Below are positions 1 to 8,903 of a stretch of DNA of 64,000 bases, in pieces. The position numbers were made by a program, and so were the translations under genes. The stretch's first letter is position 1, and every line of letters begins with the position of its first letter. The notes beneath the pieces are model-generated. The model did not search any database and was not told where the DNA came from. It saw nothing but the letters and a program-made list of their open reading frames with translations. The DNA is from Cyanobacteriota bacterium. Its GTDB lineage: Bacteria > Cyanobacteriota > Cyanobacteriia > PCC-6307 > Cyanobiaceae. The stretch lies in NCBI GenBank assembly GCA_046052125.1, contig JBJOMY010000005.1, positions 192,001 through 256,000 of the forward strand. The letters run 5' to 3'.

Positions 1-1627
1 TCTGGTGGTGGCCGGCACCCCTGAGGGCGTGATCATGGTGGAAGCGGGCGCCAACCAGCTGCCCGAGCAAGACGTGATCGAGGCCATCGACTTCGGCTAC
101 GAAGCGGTGTGCGAACTGATCAAGGCGCAGCAGGCCCTGCTCAAGGAGCTCGGCATCGAGCAGGTGATCCCCGAAGCCAAGAGCGAAGACGACACCCTGC
201 CCAAATTCCTCGAGAAGGAATGCGCCAAGGGCATCGGTGAGGTGCTCAAGCAATTCAGCCTCACCAAGGCCGAGCGCGATGAGCAGCTGGATGCCATCAA
301 GGCTCAGGTGGCCGAGAAGATCGAAGCCCTCAAAGACGACGACGCCATCAAGGTGGCGGTGAGCAGCAACGGCAAAGCGCTGGGCAACAACTACAAGTCG
401 CTCACCAAAAAGCTGATGCGCGAGCAGATCGTCAAAGACGGCAAGCGCGTCGACGGCCGCAACCTCGATGAGGTGCGTCCGATCAGTGCAGCCGCCGGCG
501 TGCTGCCCAAGCGCGTGCACGGTTCTGGCCTGTTCCAGCGCGGCCTCACCCAGGTGCTCTCCTGCGCCACCCTCGGCACCCCGAGCGACGCTCAGGAAAT
601 GGACGACCTCAACCCGTCCAACGAGAAGACCTACCTGCACCACTACAACTTCCCGCCCTACTCCACCGGCGAAACCAAGCCGATGCGCAGCCCCGGCCGC
701 CGCGAAATCGGCCACGGTGCCCTGGCTGAACGGGCTCTGATCCCCGTGTTGCCCAGCAAGGAAAGCTTCCCCTACGTGCTGCGCGTGGTGTCGGAGTGCC
801 TGAGCTCCAACGGCTCCACCTCGATGGGTTCAGTGTGCGGCAGCACCCTGGCGCTGATGGATGCCGGCGTACCCCTCAAAGCCCCCGTGAGCGGCGCCGC
901 CATGGGCCTGATCCGCGAAGGCAAAGAAGTGCGGATCCTCACCGACATCCAGGGCATCGAGGACTTCCTCGGCGACATGGACTTCAAGGTGGCCGGCACC
1001 GAGAAGGGCATCACCGCCCTGCAGATGGACATGAAGATCACCGGTCTCGAAGTGAAAACCGTGGCCGAGGCGATCAACCAGGCCCGCCCCGCCCGTCTGC
1101 ACATCCTCGAGAAGATGCTCGAGGCGATTGAGAAGCCCCGTGAGGTGCTGAGCCCCCACGCTCCCCGCCTGCTCAGCTTCCGCATCGATCCGGAGCTGAT
1201 CGGCACCGTGATCGGCCCTGGCGGCCGCACGATCAAGGGCATCACCGAGCGCACCAACACCAAGATCGACATCGAAGATGGCGGCATCGTCACGATCGCC
1301 AGCCACGACGGTGCTGCCGCTGAAGAAGCCCAGCGCATCATCGAAGGCCTCACCCGCCGCGTGTCGGAGGGCGAAGTGTTCAGTGGCGCGGTGACCCGCG
1401 TGATCCCGATCGGCGCCTTCGTAGAAATTCTTCCCGGCAAGGAAGGCATGATCCACATCTCCCAGCTCAGCGAAGCCCGGGTGGAGAAGGTGGAAGACGT
1501 GGTGCGCGTGGGCGATCACGTGACCGTGCGCGTGCGCGAGATCGACAACCGCGGCCGCATCAACCTCACCCTGCGTGGTGTGCCTCAGGCTGAGGAGCCT
1601 GCAGCAGCTGTCAGCGTGGTGGAGTGA
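1..1627 (+). CDS. pnp: Polyribonucleotide nucleotidyltransferase (PNPase), 5' part outside the window
   Basis: Second RNase PH domain ([39 protein letters not shown]), KH domain (IGPGGRTIK) and S1 domain ([17 protein letters not shown]). Confidence 0.98.
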   Translation, partial: LVVAGTPEGVIMVEAGANQLPEQDVIEAIDFGYEAVCELIKAQQALLKELGIEQVIPEAKSEDDTLPKFLEKECAKGIGEVLKQFSLTKAERDEQLDAIKAQVAEKIEALKDDDAIKVAVSSNGKALGNNYKSLTKKLMREQIVKDGKRVDGRNLDEVRPISAAAGVLPKRVHGSGLFQRGLTQVLSCATLGTPSDAQEMDDLNPSNEKTYLHHYNFPPYSTGETKPMRSPGRREIGHGALAERALIPVLPSKESFPYVLRVVSECLSSNGSTSMGSVCGSTLALMDAGVPLKAPVSGAAMGLIREGKEVRILTDIQGIEDFLGDMDFKVAGTEKGITALQMDMKITGLEVKTVAEAINQARPARLHILEKMLEAIEKPREVLSPHAPRLLSFRIDPELIGTVIGPGGRTIKGITERTNTKIDIEDGGIVTIASHDGAAAEEAQRIIEGLTRRVSEGEVFSGAVTRVIPIGAFVEILPGKEGMIHISQLSEARVEKVEDVVRVGDHVTVRVREIDNRGRINLTLRGVPQAEEPAAAVSVVE

Positions 1628-1669
1628 GACCATCCGGCCCGGCGATTCCAGCCTGAATCGCTTTCACCC

Positions 1670-1694
1670 GCCGGCCCTTCGGGGCCGGCTTTTT
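1670..1694 (+). terminator. Rho-independent terminator of pnp
   Basis: GCCGGCCC-TTCG-GGGCCGGC stem-loop followed by TTTTT. Confidence 0.9.
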
Positions 1695-1726
1695 GATGGC
1701 AATCCGCTCTTGAGGCGGGCCTGGCC

Positions 1727-2647
1727 TCACACGGCAAAACCTGGATCAATCGTGGCCATCGCCGAGGCGGCTTTCTCACAGAGCTCGCTATGGCTGCGGC
1801 CATGGCTGGCGATCAGGCACCCGGCCTGACGAATGTCGCCGTCGTTGTAACTGAGGGCACGACCATCGGCGTGGGTGAAGGCACCGCCAGCCGCGCGGAG
1901 CACTGCCTCAGGGGCCGCCATGTCCCAATCCTTGGGAGCGCTCTTGCCCGACAGCGAGATATAGAGATCGGTTTCGCCGCGCAGGATCGTGGCCACCTTG
2001 CCGCCCACGCTGCCGATCGCTTTGGTGTCGCCCAGGGCCAGGGCCTCCAGCAGCTGCTCAAGGCGCTGATCGCGGTGGTTGCGGCTGGCCACCAGCACCA
2101 GCTCACCGAGGGCCTGGCGGGAGCTGAGGGTGGCGGGGCGCTGCTCGCCGGCGCGGTTTTCGCACCAGGCCCGCTGCTGCGGCACCAGGCCAATCCAGAG
2201 CTGCTCCATCTCCGGCAGCAACACCACACCCAACACCGGTTCACCCCGATGGGCCAAAGCCAGATGCACGGCGTATTCACCGGTGCCCTGCAGGAAATCC
2301 TTGGTGCCATCCAGGGGATCCAGGATCCACAGCCATTCGGCGTCGAGGGGCTGTCCGGCAGTGAGTTGTTCCTTGGCGGTTTCCTCGCTGAGCAGCGTCC
2401 AACCCGCATCGGGGAAGGCCTTCCCCAAGCCATCGAGGAGCCATTGATTCACGGCTAGATCCGCAGCGCTCACCGGGCCCTCACCGCCCTCATCCACGCT
2501 CAACGCCTTGGGAAAGCCATAGGGCGGTTGTTCACCGCGGCCGTAGGCCAGCAGGATGTCGGCCGCTCCCCAGCTCAAGCGACGCAGTTCCGCCAGCAGC
2601 TGCTCCTCATCGATGCCTGGAGGCATGCAAGCGGCGGCGGGCATCAT
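1727..2647 (-). CDS. cysQ: 3'(2'),5'-bisphosphate nucleotidase CysQ (inositol monophosphatase family)
   Basis: LLSEE, WILDPLDGTKDF and WDMAAPEAVL motifs. Confidence 0.88.
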   Translation of the reverse strand: MMPAAACMPPGIDEEQLLAELRRLSWGAADILLAYGRGEQPPYGFPKALSVDEGGEGPVSAADLAVNQWLLDGLGKAFPDAGWTLLSEETAKEQLTAGQPLDAEWLWILDPLDGTKDFLQGTGEYAVHLALAHRGEPVLGVVLLPEMEQLWIGLVPQQRAWCENRAGEQRPATLSSRQALGELVLVASRNHRDQRLEQLLEALALGDTKAIGSVGGKVATILRGETDLYISLSGKSAPKDWDMAAPEAVLRAAGGAFTHADGRALSYNDGDIRQAGCLIASHGRSHSELCEKAASAMATIDPGFAV

Positions 2648-2667
2648 GGAGCTGGCAAAGGGGCATT

Positions 2668-3543
2668 GTGATGCAGGGCGCCGAACCGGCTGCAGGCGTG
2701 CTCTATCTGGTGGGAACGCCGATTGGCAACACCGGCGATCTCTCGCCGCGGGCGCGGCAAGTGCTGAGCGGCGTCGATCGCATCGCCTGCGAAGACACGC
2801 GCCACAGCGGCCTACTGCTGCACAAGCTGGGACTGCGCAGCGGCGATCAGCCAGCGCGGCTGGTGAGCTTCCACGAGCACAACCAAACCGCGCGGATCCC
2901 GGAGCTGCTGCAAGCGCTGGCGCAGGGCGAAGCGATCGCGGTGATCAGCGATGCGGGCCTTCCGGGGATTTCGGATCCAGGGGAGGCCCTGGTTGCAGCG
3001 GCCCGAGCCGAAGGGCGCACGGTGATCTGCGTTCCGGGTCCCTGTGCCGTCACCACCGCCCTGGTGAGCAGCGGTCTGCCGTCGGGTCGCTTCTGCTTCG
3101 AAGGCTTCCTGCCGCCGAAGAGCAATCAGCGCCGCGCACGGCTGCAGGAGCTGGCCAGCGAGCCCCGCACCCTCGTGCTGTTTGAAGCCCCGCACCGCTT
3201 GCTGCAGTTGCTCGAGGATCTCCTGAACGAGCTGGGCGATCGCCCGATCGCCGTGACCCGTGAGCTCACCAAGCGCCACGAGGAGCAAGTGGGGCCATCG
3301 GTGGAGGCCGCGCTCGCGCACTTCCTCCAGCACCCACCCCAAGGGGAATTCACGATCGTGCTCGGGGGTGCCAGTCACCAACCAGCGCCGGCGCAAAGCG
3401 AGGCTGACCTACGCATCGCGCTGCAGAACCTGGTGGCCTCCGGTCTGAGCCGCAGCGATGCCGCACGCCAACTGGCCCAACAGACCGGCATGGCCAGGCG
3501 CGAGCTCTACGCTCTCCTCCATAGCCCAGAGGATCCGAGCTGA
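2668..3543 (+). CDS. rsmI: 16S rRNA (cytidine1402-2'-O)-methyltransferase
   Basis: LYLVGTPIGN, ACEDTRHS, SDAGLPGISDPG, FEAPHR and RELTKRHEE motifs. Confidence 0.95.
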   Translation: MMQGAEPAAGVLYLVGTPIGNTGDLSPRARQVLSGVDRIACEDTRHSGLLLHKLGLRSGDQPARLVSFHEHNQTARIPELLQALAQGEAIAVISDAGLPGISDPGEALVAAARAEGRTVICVPGPCAVTTALVSSGLPSGRFCFEGFLPPKSNQRRARLQELASEPRTLVLFEAPHRLLQLLEDLLNELGDRPIAVTRELTKRHEEQVGPSVEAALAHFLQHPPQGEFTIVLGGASHQPAPAQSEADLRIALQNLVASGLSRSDAARQLAQQTGMARRELYALLHSPEDPS

Positions 3544-3782
3544 TGCTGCTGCGTCTGCGCCTGCTGTTGGCCAGCCTTGGCGGCGGTGCGCTGCTCCTGC
3601 TGATCCTCTGCCTGGGGGCGCAAAACCTGGAGCAACGAGCCAGCCTCAACCTCGGCTTTGGCCGCACGGCTCAACTCCCCACCGGCTTCCTGATGGGCGT
3701 GGCTTTGGCGATCGGCGTGATCAGCGGCGGAGCCACCACGGCGCTGCTGTTGCCGCGCAACGCTCAGGGCCGCAACGAATAG
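3543..3782 (+). CDS. Small two-TM membrane protein (LapA/DUF1049-like)
   Basis: Start overlaps the rsmI stop (TGATG); two hydrophobic segments flank GAQN. Confidence 0.75.
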   Translation: MLLRLRLLLASLGGGALLLLILCLGAQNLEQRASLNLGFGRTAQLPTGFLMGVALAIGVISGGATTALLLPRNAQGRNE

Positions 3783-4189
3783 GTGATTGTTTCACCCGCA
3801 TTGAACTGAGGCAGGGTGCTGGCGAGCACCTTGTCTTCCGCGGTGAACTGCTCCTCCCCTTCATGGGTGCTCACCACCACCACGCCTTTGGGCTGGCTGT
3901 ATTCGTACACGTTGATGCCCGTGGAAGGCTCATAGGTGCCACGGCCGATCGTGACCAGGGGCTGCGATCCCTTGCCGCGAAACCAGGTTTCCTTGAAGGA
4001 AAACTGATTCACGCCCGTCGTCACCTGGCGCACGCTGCTGTAAGCACCGGTAGACGACAAGCCTTGCCAGCGTGAGCTTTTGGCGTTCAGGGCTGTACCG
4101 GGTGGATCCGTGCGCAACCGGCCCAGCGAGGGGTCACAGCCGCTGAGCAGCAACAACGCGGCTAGCAAGCCAGCCCAACGATGGAGCAC
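3764..4189 (-). CDS. Hypothetical lipoprotein
   Basis: Hydrophobic N-terminus with lipobox LSGC; fills the gap between neighbours. Confidence 0.65.
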   Translation of the reverse strand: MLHRWAGLLAALLLLSGCDPSLGRLRTDPPGTALNAKSSRWQGLSSTGAYSSVRQVTTGVNQFSFKETWFRGKGSQPLVTIGRGTYEPSTGINVYEYSQPKGVVVVSTHEGEEQFTAEDKVLASTLPQFNAGETITYSLRP

Positions 4190-4222
4190 GCCAACACCCT
4201 GCAGCGGCGCTTCTTTGCTAGC

Positions 4223-4984
4223 TCAGCTGCCCGCCAGTGCAAACAGCGAGCCACCTTCCACCACCAAACGGGTGATGCCCTGGGCCACCAGATACGAGGA
4301 GCGCCGCTCGAGCACGCCGGCATCAGGCACCTTGATCACCCGCTGTGTGCGGCCGCATTGGCGCTTGGCCTGGCGGGGGTTGGTGAACAGCATCAAGGCC
4401 TGGCGCTCCTGCTCGTCCTCGGGCAAGGTGCCGAGCTCGGGGAACTCGCGCAGGGGCTTGGCCTGGAGCTCCACCGTCTTGTCCACCAACATGTAAACGC
4501 TGGCTGGAAGAACCCCAGGGATCAGCGGTTGGGCCTCCAGCACAACACCCGGAGCGATCGCCGCGGCCGGCAGGGCTGAAGCGTCGTCGACCTCAGCGTC
4601 GTCGAGGGTGTCGGCGTCGTCGAGGCCGTCTTCGGCGAAGTCATCGGCATCGTCGATCGCGAGCTCGCTCTGCTCGGCATCAACGGCACGGTCGCCGTCG
4701 GCGTCTGCTGGAGGATCAACCTCGGCAGCAGCCACAGCAAGCGGAGCTGCAGCCAGCGGGGGGTCGGCCGGCTCAACCGGCTCCGGTGCATCAGTGCTGC
4801 GGCCGCGCGACTGGCGCTTGATCGAGGCCATCTCCTCGGGATCAAGCGCCGCCTTGAGCACCCGGCTCACCGTGTTGGGGCTGCAGCCATAGGCCGCAGC
4901 AAGGGCCTGTGCGGTCTCACCCTGGCGATAGCGAGCCACCAACTCCTCTTTCTGGCTGTCGTTAAGCCGTGGAGCGGCCATCAA
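4223..4984 (-). CDS. HTH-domain protein with acidic linker (picocyanobacterial hypothetical)
   Basis: N-terminal HTH (YRQGETAQALAAAYGCSPNTVSRVLK), Asp/Ala-rich linker, globular C-terminal domain. Confidence 0.8.
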   Translation of the reverse strand: MMAAPRLNDSQKEELVARYRQGETAQALAAAYGCSPNTVSRVLKAALDPEEMASIKRQSRGRSTDAPEPVEPADPPLAAAPLAVAAAEVDPPADADGDRAVDAEQSELAIDDADDFAEDGLDDADTLDDAEVDDASALPAAAIAPGVVLEAQPLIPGVLPASVYMLVDKTVELQAKPLREFPELGTLPEDEQERQALMLFTNPRQAKRQCGRTQRVIKVPDAGVLERRSSYLVAQGITRLVVEGGSLFALAGS

Positions 4985-5064
4985 GCAAGGGTTCGCAGCA
5001 CACCACCATAGAAGCCGTCAGCCGCTGCGTCGCCCAGCCTCTACTGCAACAATGCCTGGCATCA

Positions 5065-5138
5065 GCTCCCTTAGCTCAGCTGGATAGAGCAGCTGCCTTC
5101 TAAGCAGCCGGTCGTTGGTTCGAGTCCAACAGGGGGCG
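5065..5138 (+). tRNA. tRNA-Arg(UCU)
   Basis: Acceptor stem GCTCCCT/AGGGGGC; anticodon arm GCTGC-CTTCTAA-GCAGC; T-loop GGTTCGAGTCC; CCA not encoded. Confidence 0.96.
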
Positions 5139-5140
5139 TT

Positions 5141-6139
5141 TCAGAGCCGGGCAGCGCTCATCCACTCGGCGCGTGGATCGGTGCTGCGCGCAGCCCGGAG
5201 TTGCTCGAGCAACTGTTTTTCCTGATCGCTGTAGCTGGCGGGCTGCTTGAGGCTGAGGCTCAGCAGGAGATCTCCGCGGCCGGCCTTACCCGGCCAGCCC
5301 TTGCCCTTCAGCCGCAGACTGCGGCCCACGGCCATCGCCGGAGGCACGCTGACCGTGGCTTCGCCATCGGGGGTGGCCACGCGCACCTCGCCGCCGAGGG
5401 CCAGCTCATCGAGGCTGAGGGGAAGATCCGCTTTCAACTGATCGCCCTCGAGGCTCCACACCGGGTGATCCTGCAACTGCAGGTTGAGGTAGAGATCCCC
5501 GCGGCGGCCAGTGCCGGGCTGCAGGTTGCCCTTGCCCTTGAGCCGCAGGCGACTGCCGGGCTTCACACCGGCGGGAATGCGCACCTGCACCCGTTCGTCG
5601 TTCACCGCCAAGGTGCGCTCGCAACCGCGAAACGCTTCTGAGAAGGAAAGGCTGATGCTCGCTTCGGCATCCAGGTTGGGAGCAGGGGCGCGGCCGCCAG
5701 CACCGGCGAAGCCACCGCCTGGGAAGCCACTGCTGGCAAATCCACCGGGGAAACCAGAGCCAAAGCCACCGAATCCACCCGGCGCACCACCGAAGCCAGC
5801 GCCCCCGGGGCCGCCAAAGCGACCCAGCAGGTCATTGATGAAGTCGTCGAAGTTGCCGTAGCGGCCGAAATCAACATCCATGCCGGCCGGCCCTCCGCCG
5901 CCGGCCTGACTCCAGTACTGGCCGAACTGCTCGTAGCGCTTGCGCTTATCGGGATCGGAGAGCACCTCATAGGCCTCGCTGATCTCCTTGAACTTCGCCT
6001 CGGCGCCCTGATCGCCGGGATTCACATCCGGGTGGTATTGACGAGCCAGTTTGCGGAAGGCGCGCTTCACGGTGTCGGCATCGGCGCTGCGATCGATCCC
6101 CAGCACCTTGAAGTAATCGCGATATCCGTTGGCGCTCAT
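5141..6139 (-). CDS. DnaJ-class chaperone, type II (CbpA-like, no zinc finger)
   Basis: J domain with HPD, G/F-rich region, DnaJ C-terminal domain. Confidence 0.92.
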   Translation of the reverse strand: MSANGYRDYFKVLGIDRSADADTVKRAFRKLARQYHPDVNPGDQGAEAKFKEISEAYEVLSDPDKRKRYEQFGQYWSQAGGGGPAGMDVDFGRYGNFDDFINDLLGRFGGPGGAGFGGAPGGFGGFGSGFPGGFASSGFPGGGFAGAGGRAPAPNLDAEASISLSFSEAFRGCERTLAVNDERVQVRIPAGVKPGSRLRLKGKGNLQPGTGRRGDLYLNLQLQDHPVWSLEGDQLKADLPLSLDELALGGEVRVATPDGEATVSVPPAMAVGRSLRLKGKGWPGKAGRGDLLLSLSLKQPASYSDQEKQLLEQLRAARSTDPRAEWMSAARL

Positions 6140-6259
6140 CGCAGCTGCTGGGGAAAAGCGTGACCGGCCCGATCAGTCTCCCAGCAGCGAGGGGCCGCCA
6201 TGGCAACGGCACGGGGCGGAAGCCCGAACGGCCCATCACACCTAGGGTCGTTGGCAGCG

Positions 6260-6706
6260 ATGCATGGCGTGATGACGATCACGACTCAACGAGCCCAAGG
6301 CCCCTGGCGATCGCTGCCCATCCTGTTGAGCCTGCTGGCGGCGGGATGGATCGCAGCACTACCTGCGGCACAAGCAGCTGAGAACAGCAGCGCCGGCGCA
6401 GCAGCCACCACGATCCCGGCGTCCACCAACCGGCAGAAAGAGCTGGCCAAGCACCTCAAGCTCAAAGGCGCGGTGCTCTACGGAGCTTGGTGGTGCCCCC
6501 ACTGCACCCACCAGAAGGAGCTGTTCGGCGTTGAGGCGATCGAACTGCTTCCTTACGTGGAGTGCGACAAAGATGACGCCGGCAGAGCGCGCTGCCAAAA
6601 GGCCCAGGTGAGGGCCTACCCCACCTGGGAACTCAACGGTGAGCAACGGGTCGGTGTGCTCAGCCTGAAGGAACTGGAGATCTGGAGCGGCTACGGCAAC
6701 CGCTGA
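6260..6706 (+). CDS. Exported thioredoxin-like protein (type seen fused to cyanobacterial VKOR); start uncertain (6260 or 6272)
   Basis: Signal-like hydrophobic segment ending AQA; YGAWWCPHC, QKELFG, YVEC and YPTW motifs. Confidence 0.82.
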   Translation: MHGVMTITTQRAQGPWRSLPILLSLLAAGWIAALPAAQAAENSSAGAAATTIPASTNRQKELAKHLKLKGAVLYGAWWCPHCTHQKELFGVEAIELLPYVECDKDDAGRARCQKAQVRAYPTWELNGEQRVGVLSLKELEIWSGYGNR

Positions 6707-6715
6707 ACCCAGCGA

Positions 6716-6970
6716 TCAATCTTCTTCGGTGGCACCGAAGCAATGCATCAGGGCATCGCCCCAGCTGTTGATGCCCTTGAGCTCGTGATCGCTCGCGCCA
6801 CTGAGCACCTCACCATGGGCGCGCAGCACGGAGGCTTTGTCCACGCTGTGACCGTGGGAGGCGGCCAGATCCACGATGTCGTCCATGCCGGTGGCGGCAT
6901 GCAGCTTCTGGCGGAGGCCTTCGTCGGTGTTCGCTTTGGCGAGGAAAGCCTTCAGATCAGCAACGGACAC
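6716..6970 (-). CDS. Nif11-like leader peptide family protein (84 aa)
   Basis: MSVADLKAFLAKANTDEGLRQKLHAA...IVDLAASHGHS...SDHEL matches the Nif11/ProcA leader pattern. Confidence 0.8.
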   Translation of the reverse strand: MSVADLKAFLAKANTDEGLRQKLHAATGMDDIVDLAASHGHSVDKASVLRAHGEVLSGASDHELKGINSWGDALMHCFGATEED

Positions 6971-7003
6971 AACGACAAGGCAGAGATCTAGGCAGCGATG
7001 CTG

Positions 7004-7366
7004 TCAGACGGTTGGCCCTGCAGCCAAGAGCGGCTCCACCAGCACGGCTGTTCCGTAGCAAAGAACCTCGGTAGCGCCGCTGGAGCCGGTTTCCACCGTG
7101 GAGCCGTCGTAACGCATGCCCACGATGGCGTTGGCACCCAGCTGGCGGGCGTGAGCCACCATCTCGTCGTAGGCCTGCTGGCGGGTCTGCTCACACATCG
7201 CTGTGTAGGCACCGATCCGGCCGCCGATCATCGTTTTCAGACCGCCCAGAAACCCCTGGAGCAGCGTTGGCGAACGCACCACGATGCCGCGCACCACTCC
7301 CCGGGTTTCCAGGATTCGGTAGCCCGGCAATTCAAAGGTGGTGGCCACAGGCAGAGGACGGCTCAC
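7004..7366 (-). CDS. YbjQ/UPF0145 family protein
   Basis: GVVRG, GGLKTMIGG, ARQLGANAIVGMRYD and EVLCYGTAV motifs. Confidence 0.9.
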   Translation of the reverse strand: MSRPLPVATTFELPGYRILETRGVVRGIVVRSPTLLQGFLGGLKTMIGGRIGAYTAMCEQTRQQAYDEMVAHARQLGANAIVGMRYDGSTVETGSSGATEVLCYGTAVLVEPLLAAGPTV

Positions 7367-8484
7367 AGCACCTGATGCGAACGGATCTGCAGATCAGAGC
7401 GCTCCACCCCCAAAAGAAGCGCACTGCTGGAACCGGCCTGAATCTCGACGCCATCAGGCGTGGAGCGCACCGAATCAATCGCCGCGGCGAAGCGCAAGCG
7501 ATCGCCCTCTGACACGGAGAAGTCGTGAATGGTTTTAGCTCCATGGCTCACGCGGAATACATCCCGACCCGAGCCACCCCAGAGCTGATCCACGCCGCGG
7601 CCTGGCTGAATCCAATCATCTCCGGCATCACCCCAGATCTGGTCATCGCCGGCGAAACCCTTGAGCCGATCGTTGCCTTGCGCCCCGTAAATCACTTCAT
7701 CGAGGCGGGTTCCGAGGATCAGATCACTGTCCACACCGCCAGAGAGGGGCAAACCAGGAACACCCCGGGCAATGCCGATGCCATTGGGGGCAAAGTCAAT
7801 CTGGAAAAAGTTGTTGGTGAGATTGTCGCGAAACTGGTTATACACACGCCGATCACCAGCACCCGCACCCGGCTCGATCGTGAGATCCTGCTCGAGGGTC
7901 TTCACCTGTTTGGTCCACCCCTTCGGCAGCTCAGCCTCGAGAAAGGGAGCAACCGGATCTTCGGCGTAGGCCGTATCCACCGATCCAACAATGAAGACAT
8001 TGCCATTGGAATCAGTCGCGAAGCAGTAGTCGATCAATTGGCCGGAGGAATCACGGGCCGCAAACGTCTGCGGCTGATTCTTATCGTTGATCACCAACTG
8101 AATGCTGCCTGGAGGGGCCGGCGCCACCAAAGCAGCTGAATAACGCGTGATACCAGGTTCGTAATCGTCTTTGTTGAATGGCTCAATCGCCATGTAGTTG
8201 AAGGTGTTGTAGAGCCAGGTGTATCCCTGGCTATCGGTGATGTACTCATACTCACCATCCGGCAAGAGGGGACTACTGAGAAACGGCCCCGTAAACAACG
8301 GCGTGCGCAAGCCCGTATTGAGGCTGTAGCCCGGGTCGGGCACATAGGTTGAGAATGCCGAATCGAGCAGCGGGTTATAGCCCTCCGGATAGGGCTCATA
8401 TCCCACATTCACGTACACCTCAACAGGCCCATAGCCAGCCTTATTGAGATTGCCCATGTAGATGAGCTCTGTGGTGCCGGCCAT
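7363..8484 (-). CDS. RTX-type calcium-binding repeat protein with unassigned N-terminal domain
   Basis: C-terminal nonapeptide repeats (GAQGNDRLK, GFAGDDQIW, GDAGDDWIQ, GGSGRDVF) followed by IHDF...GDRL. Confidence 0.85.
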   Translation of the reverse strand: MAGTTELIYMGNLNKAGYGPVEVYVNVGYEPYPEGYNPLLDSAFSTYVPDPGYSLNTGLRTPLFTGPFLSSPLLPDGEYEYITDSQGYTWLYNTFNYMAIEPFNKDDYEPGITRYSAALVAPAPPGSIQLVINDKNQPQTFAARDSSGQLIDYCFATDSNGNVFIVGSVDTAYAEDPVAPFLEAELPKGWTKQVKTLEQDLTIEPGAGAGDRRVYNQFRDNLTNNFFQIDFAPNGIGIARGVPGLPLSGGVDSDLILGTRLDEVIYGAQGNDRLKGFAGDDQIWGDAGDDWIQPGRGVDQLWGGSGRDVFRVSHGAKTIHDFSVSEGDRLRFAAAIDSVRSTPDGVEIQAGSSSALLLGVERSDLQIRSHQVL

Positions 8485-8589
8485 GTTCACCCAACGCGGT
8501 GCTCAGCGCGTTTTAACCGCAGAGACATGAAGGTTTGCAGACCTGCGCACATGGCTTCATGTTTGCGCGAATCCCAGCCAGACCCAAAT

Positions 8590-8860
8590 GAGAAGGGGCC
8601 TTCCAGCCCCCATGAATCATTTGGTTGATAAGGCTGATCTAACCCCATCTCCCTTTAAGGGTCAGGCGGCCACAGGGGCGGCTTGACGGGAGAAACGAAC
8701 GATGTTGTTCGCTGTTACGTGTTTGCTCTTACCGAGCAGGCTTCAGTCACCCTCCTCATGCCCCGTCGAAACCATTGCAGCCCCATGAAGTGGAGCTGAG
8801 CGGAATCGAACCGCTGTCCGAAACACTGGTGTGAGCCACCTAGTCCGGCCGAAACCGGAC
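8590..8860 (-). ncRNA. ssrA: Two-piece (circularly permuted) tmRNA; outer ends approximate
   Basis: The minus strand reads the T-arm and 3' acceptor strand (GGTTCGATTCC...CAGCTCCA, ending 8791) before the 5' strand GGGGCTG (starting 8784); G3-U70 pair present; tag frame 8712-8662 encodes ANNIVRFSRQAAPVAA-stop. Confidence 0.95.
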
Positions 8861-8903
8861 TCCTGCATTGTGGCAGGAGGAACCGCGGGAGGCAGAGGTG
8901 GGC

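Noticed and set aside
4223..4984. HTH resembling a transposase DNA-binding domain, next to a tRNA
   Set aside because: No DDE or recombinase domain, terminal inverted repeats or target duplication.
8601..8616. CAGCCCCCATGAA, nearly repeating the ssrA junction sequence at 8778-8789 (possible att duplication)
   Set aside because: Short, imperfect and part of a GGGGC/GCCCC hairpin at the tmRNA 3' end; no integrase nearby.
8791..8820. tRNA-like T-arm and acceptor fragment that could be read as a tRNA pseudogene or attR
   Set aside because: Fully explained as the acceptor piece of the permuted tmRNA.
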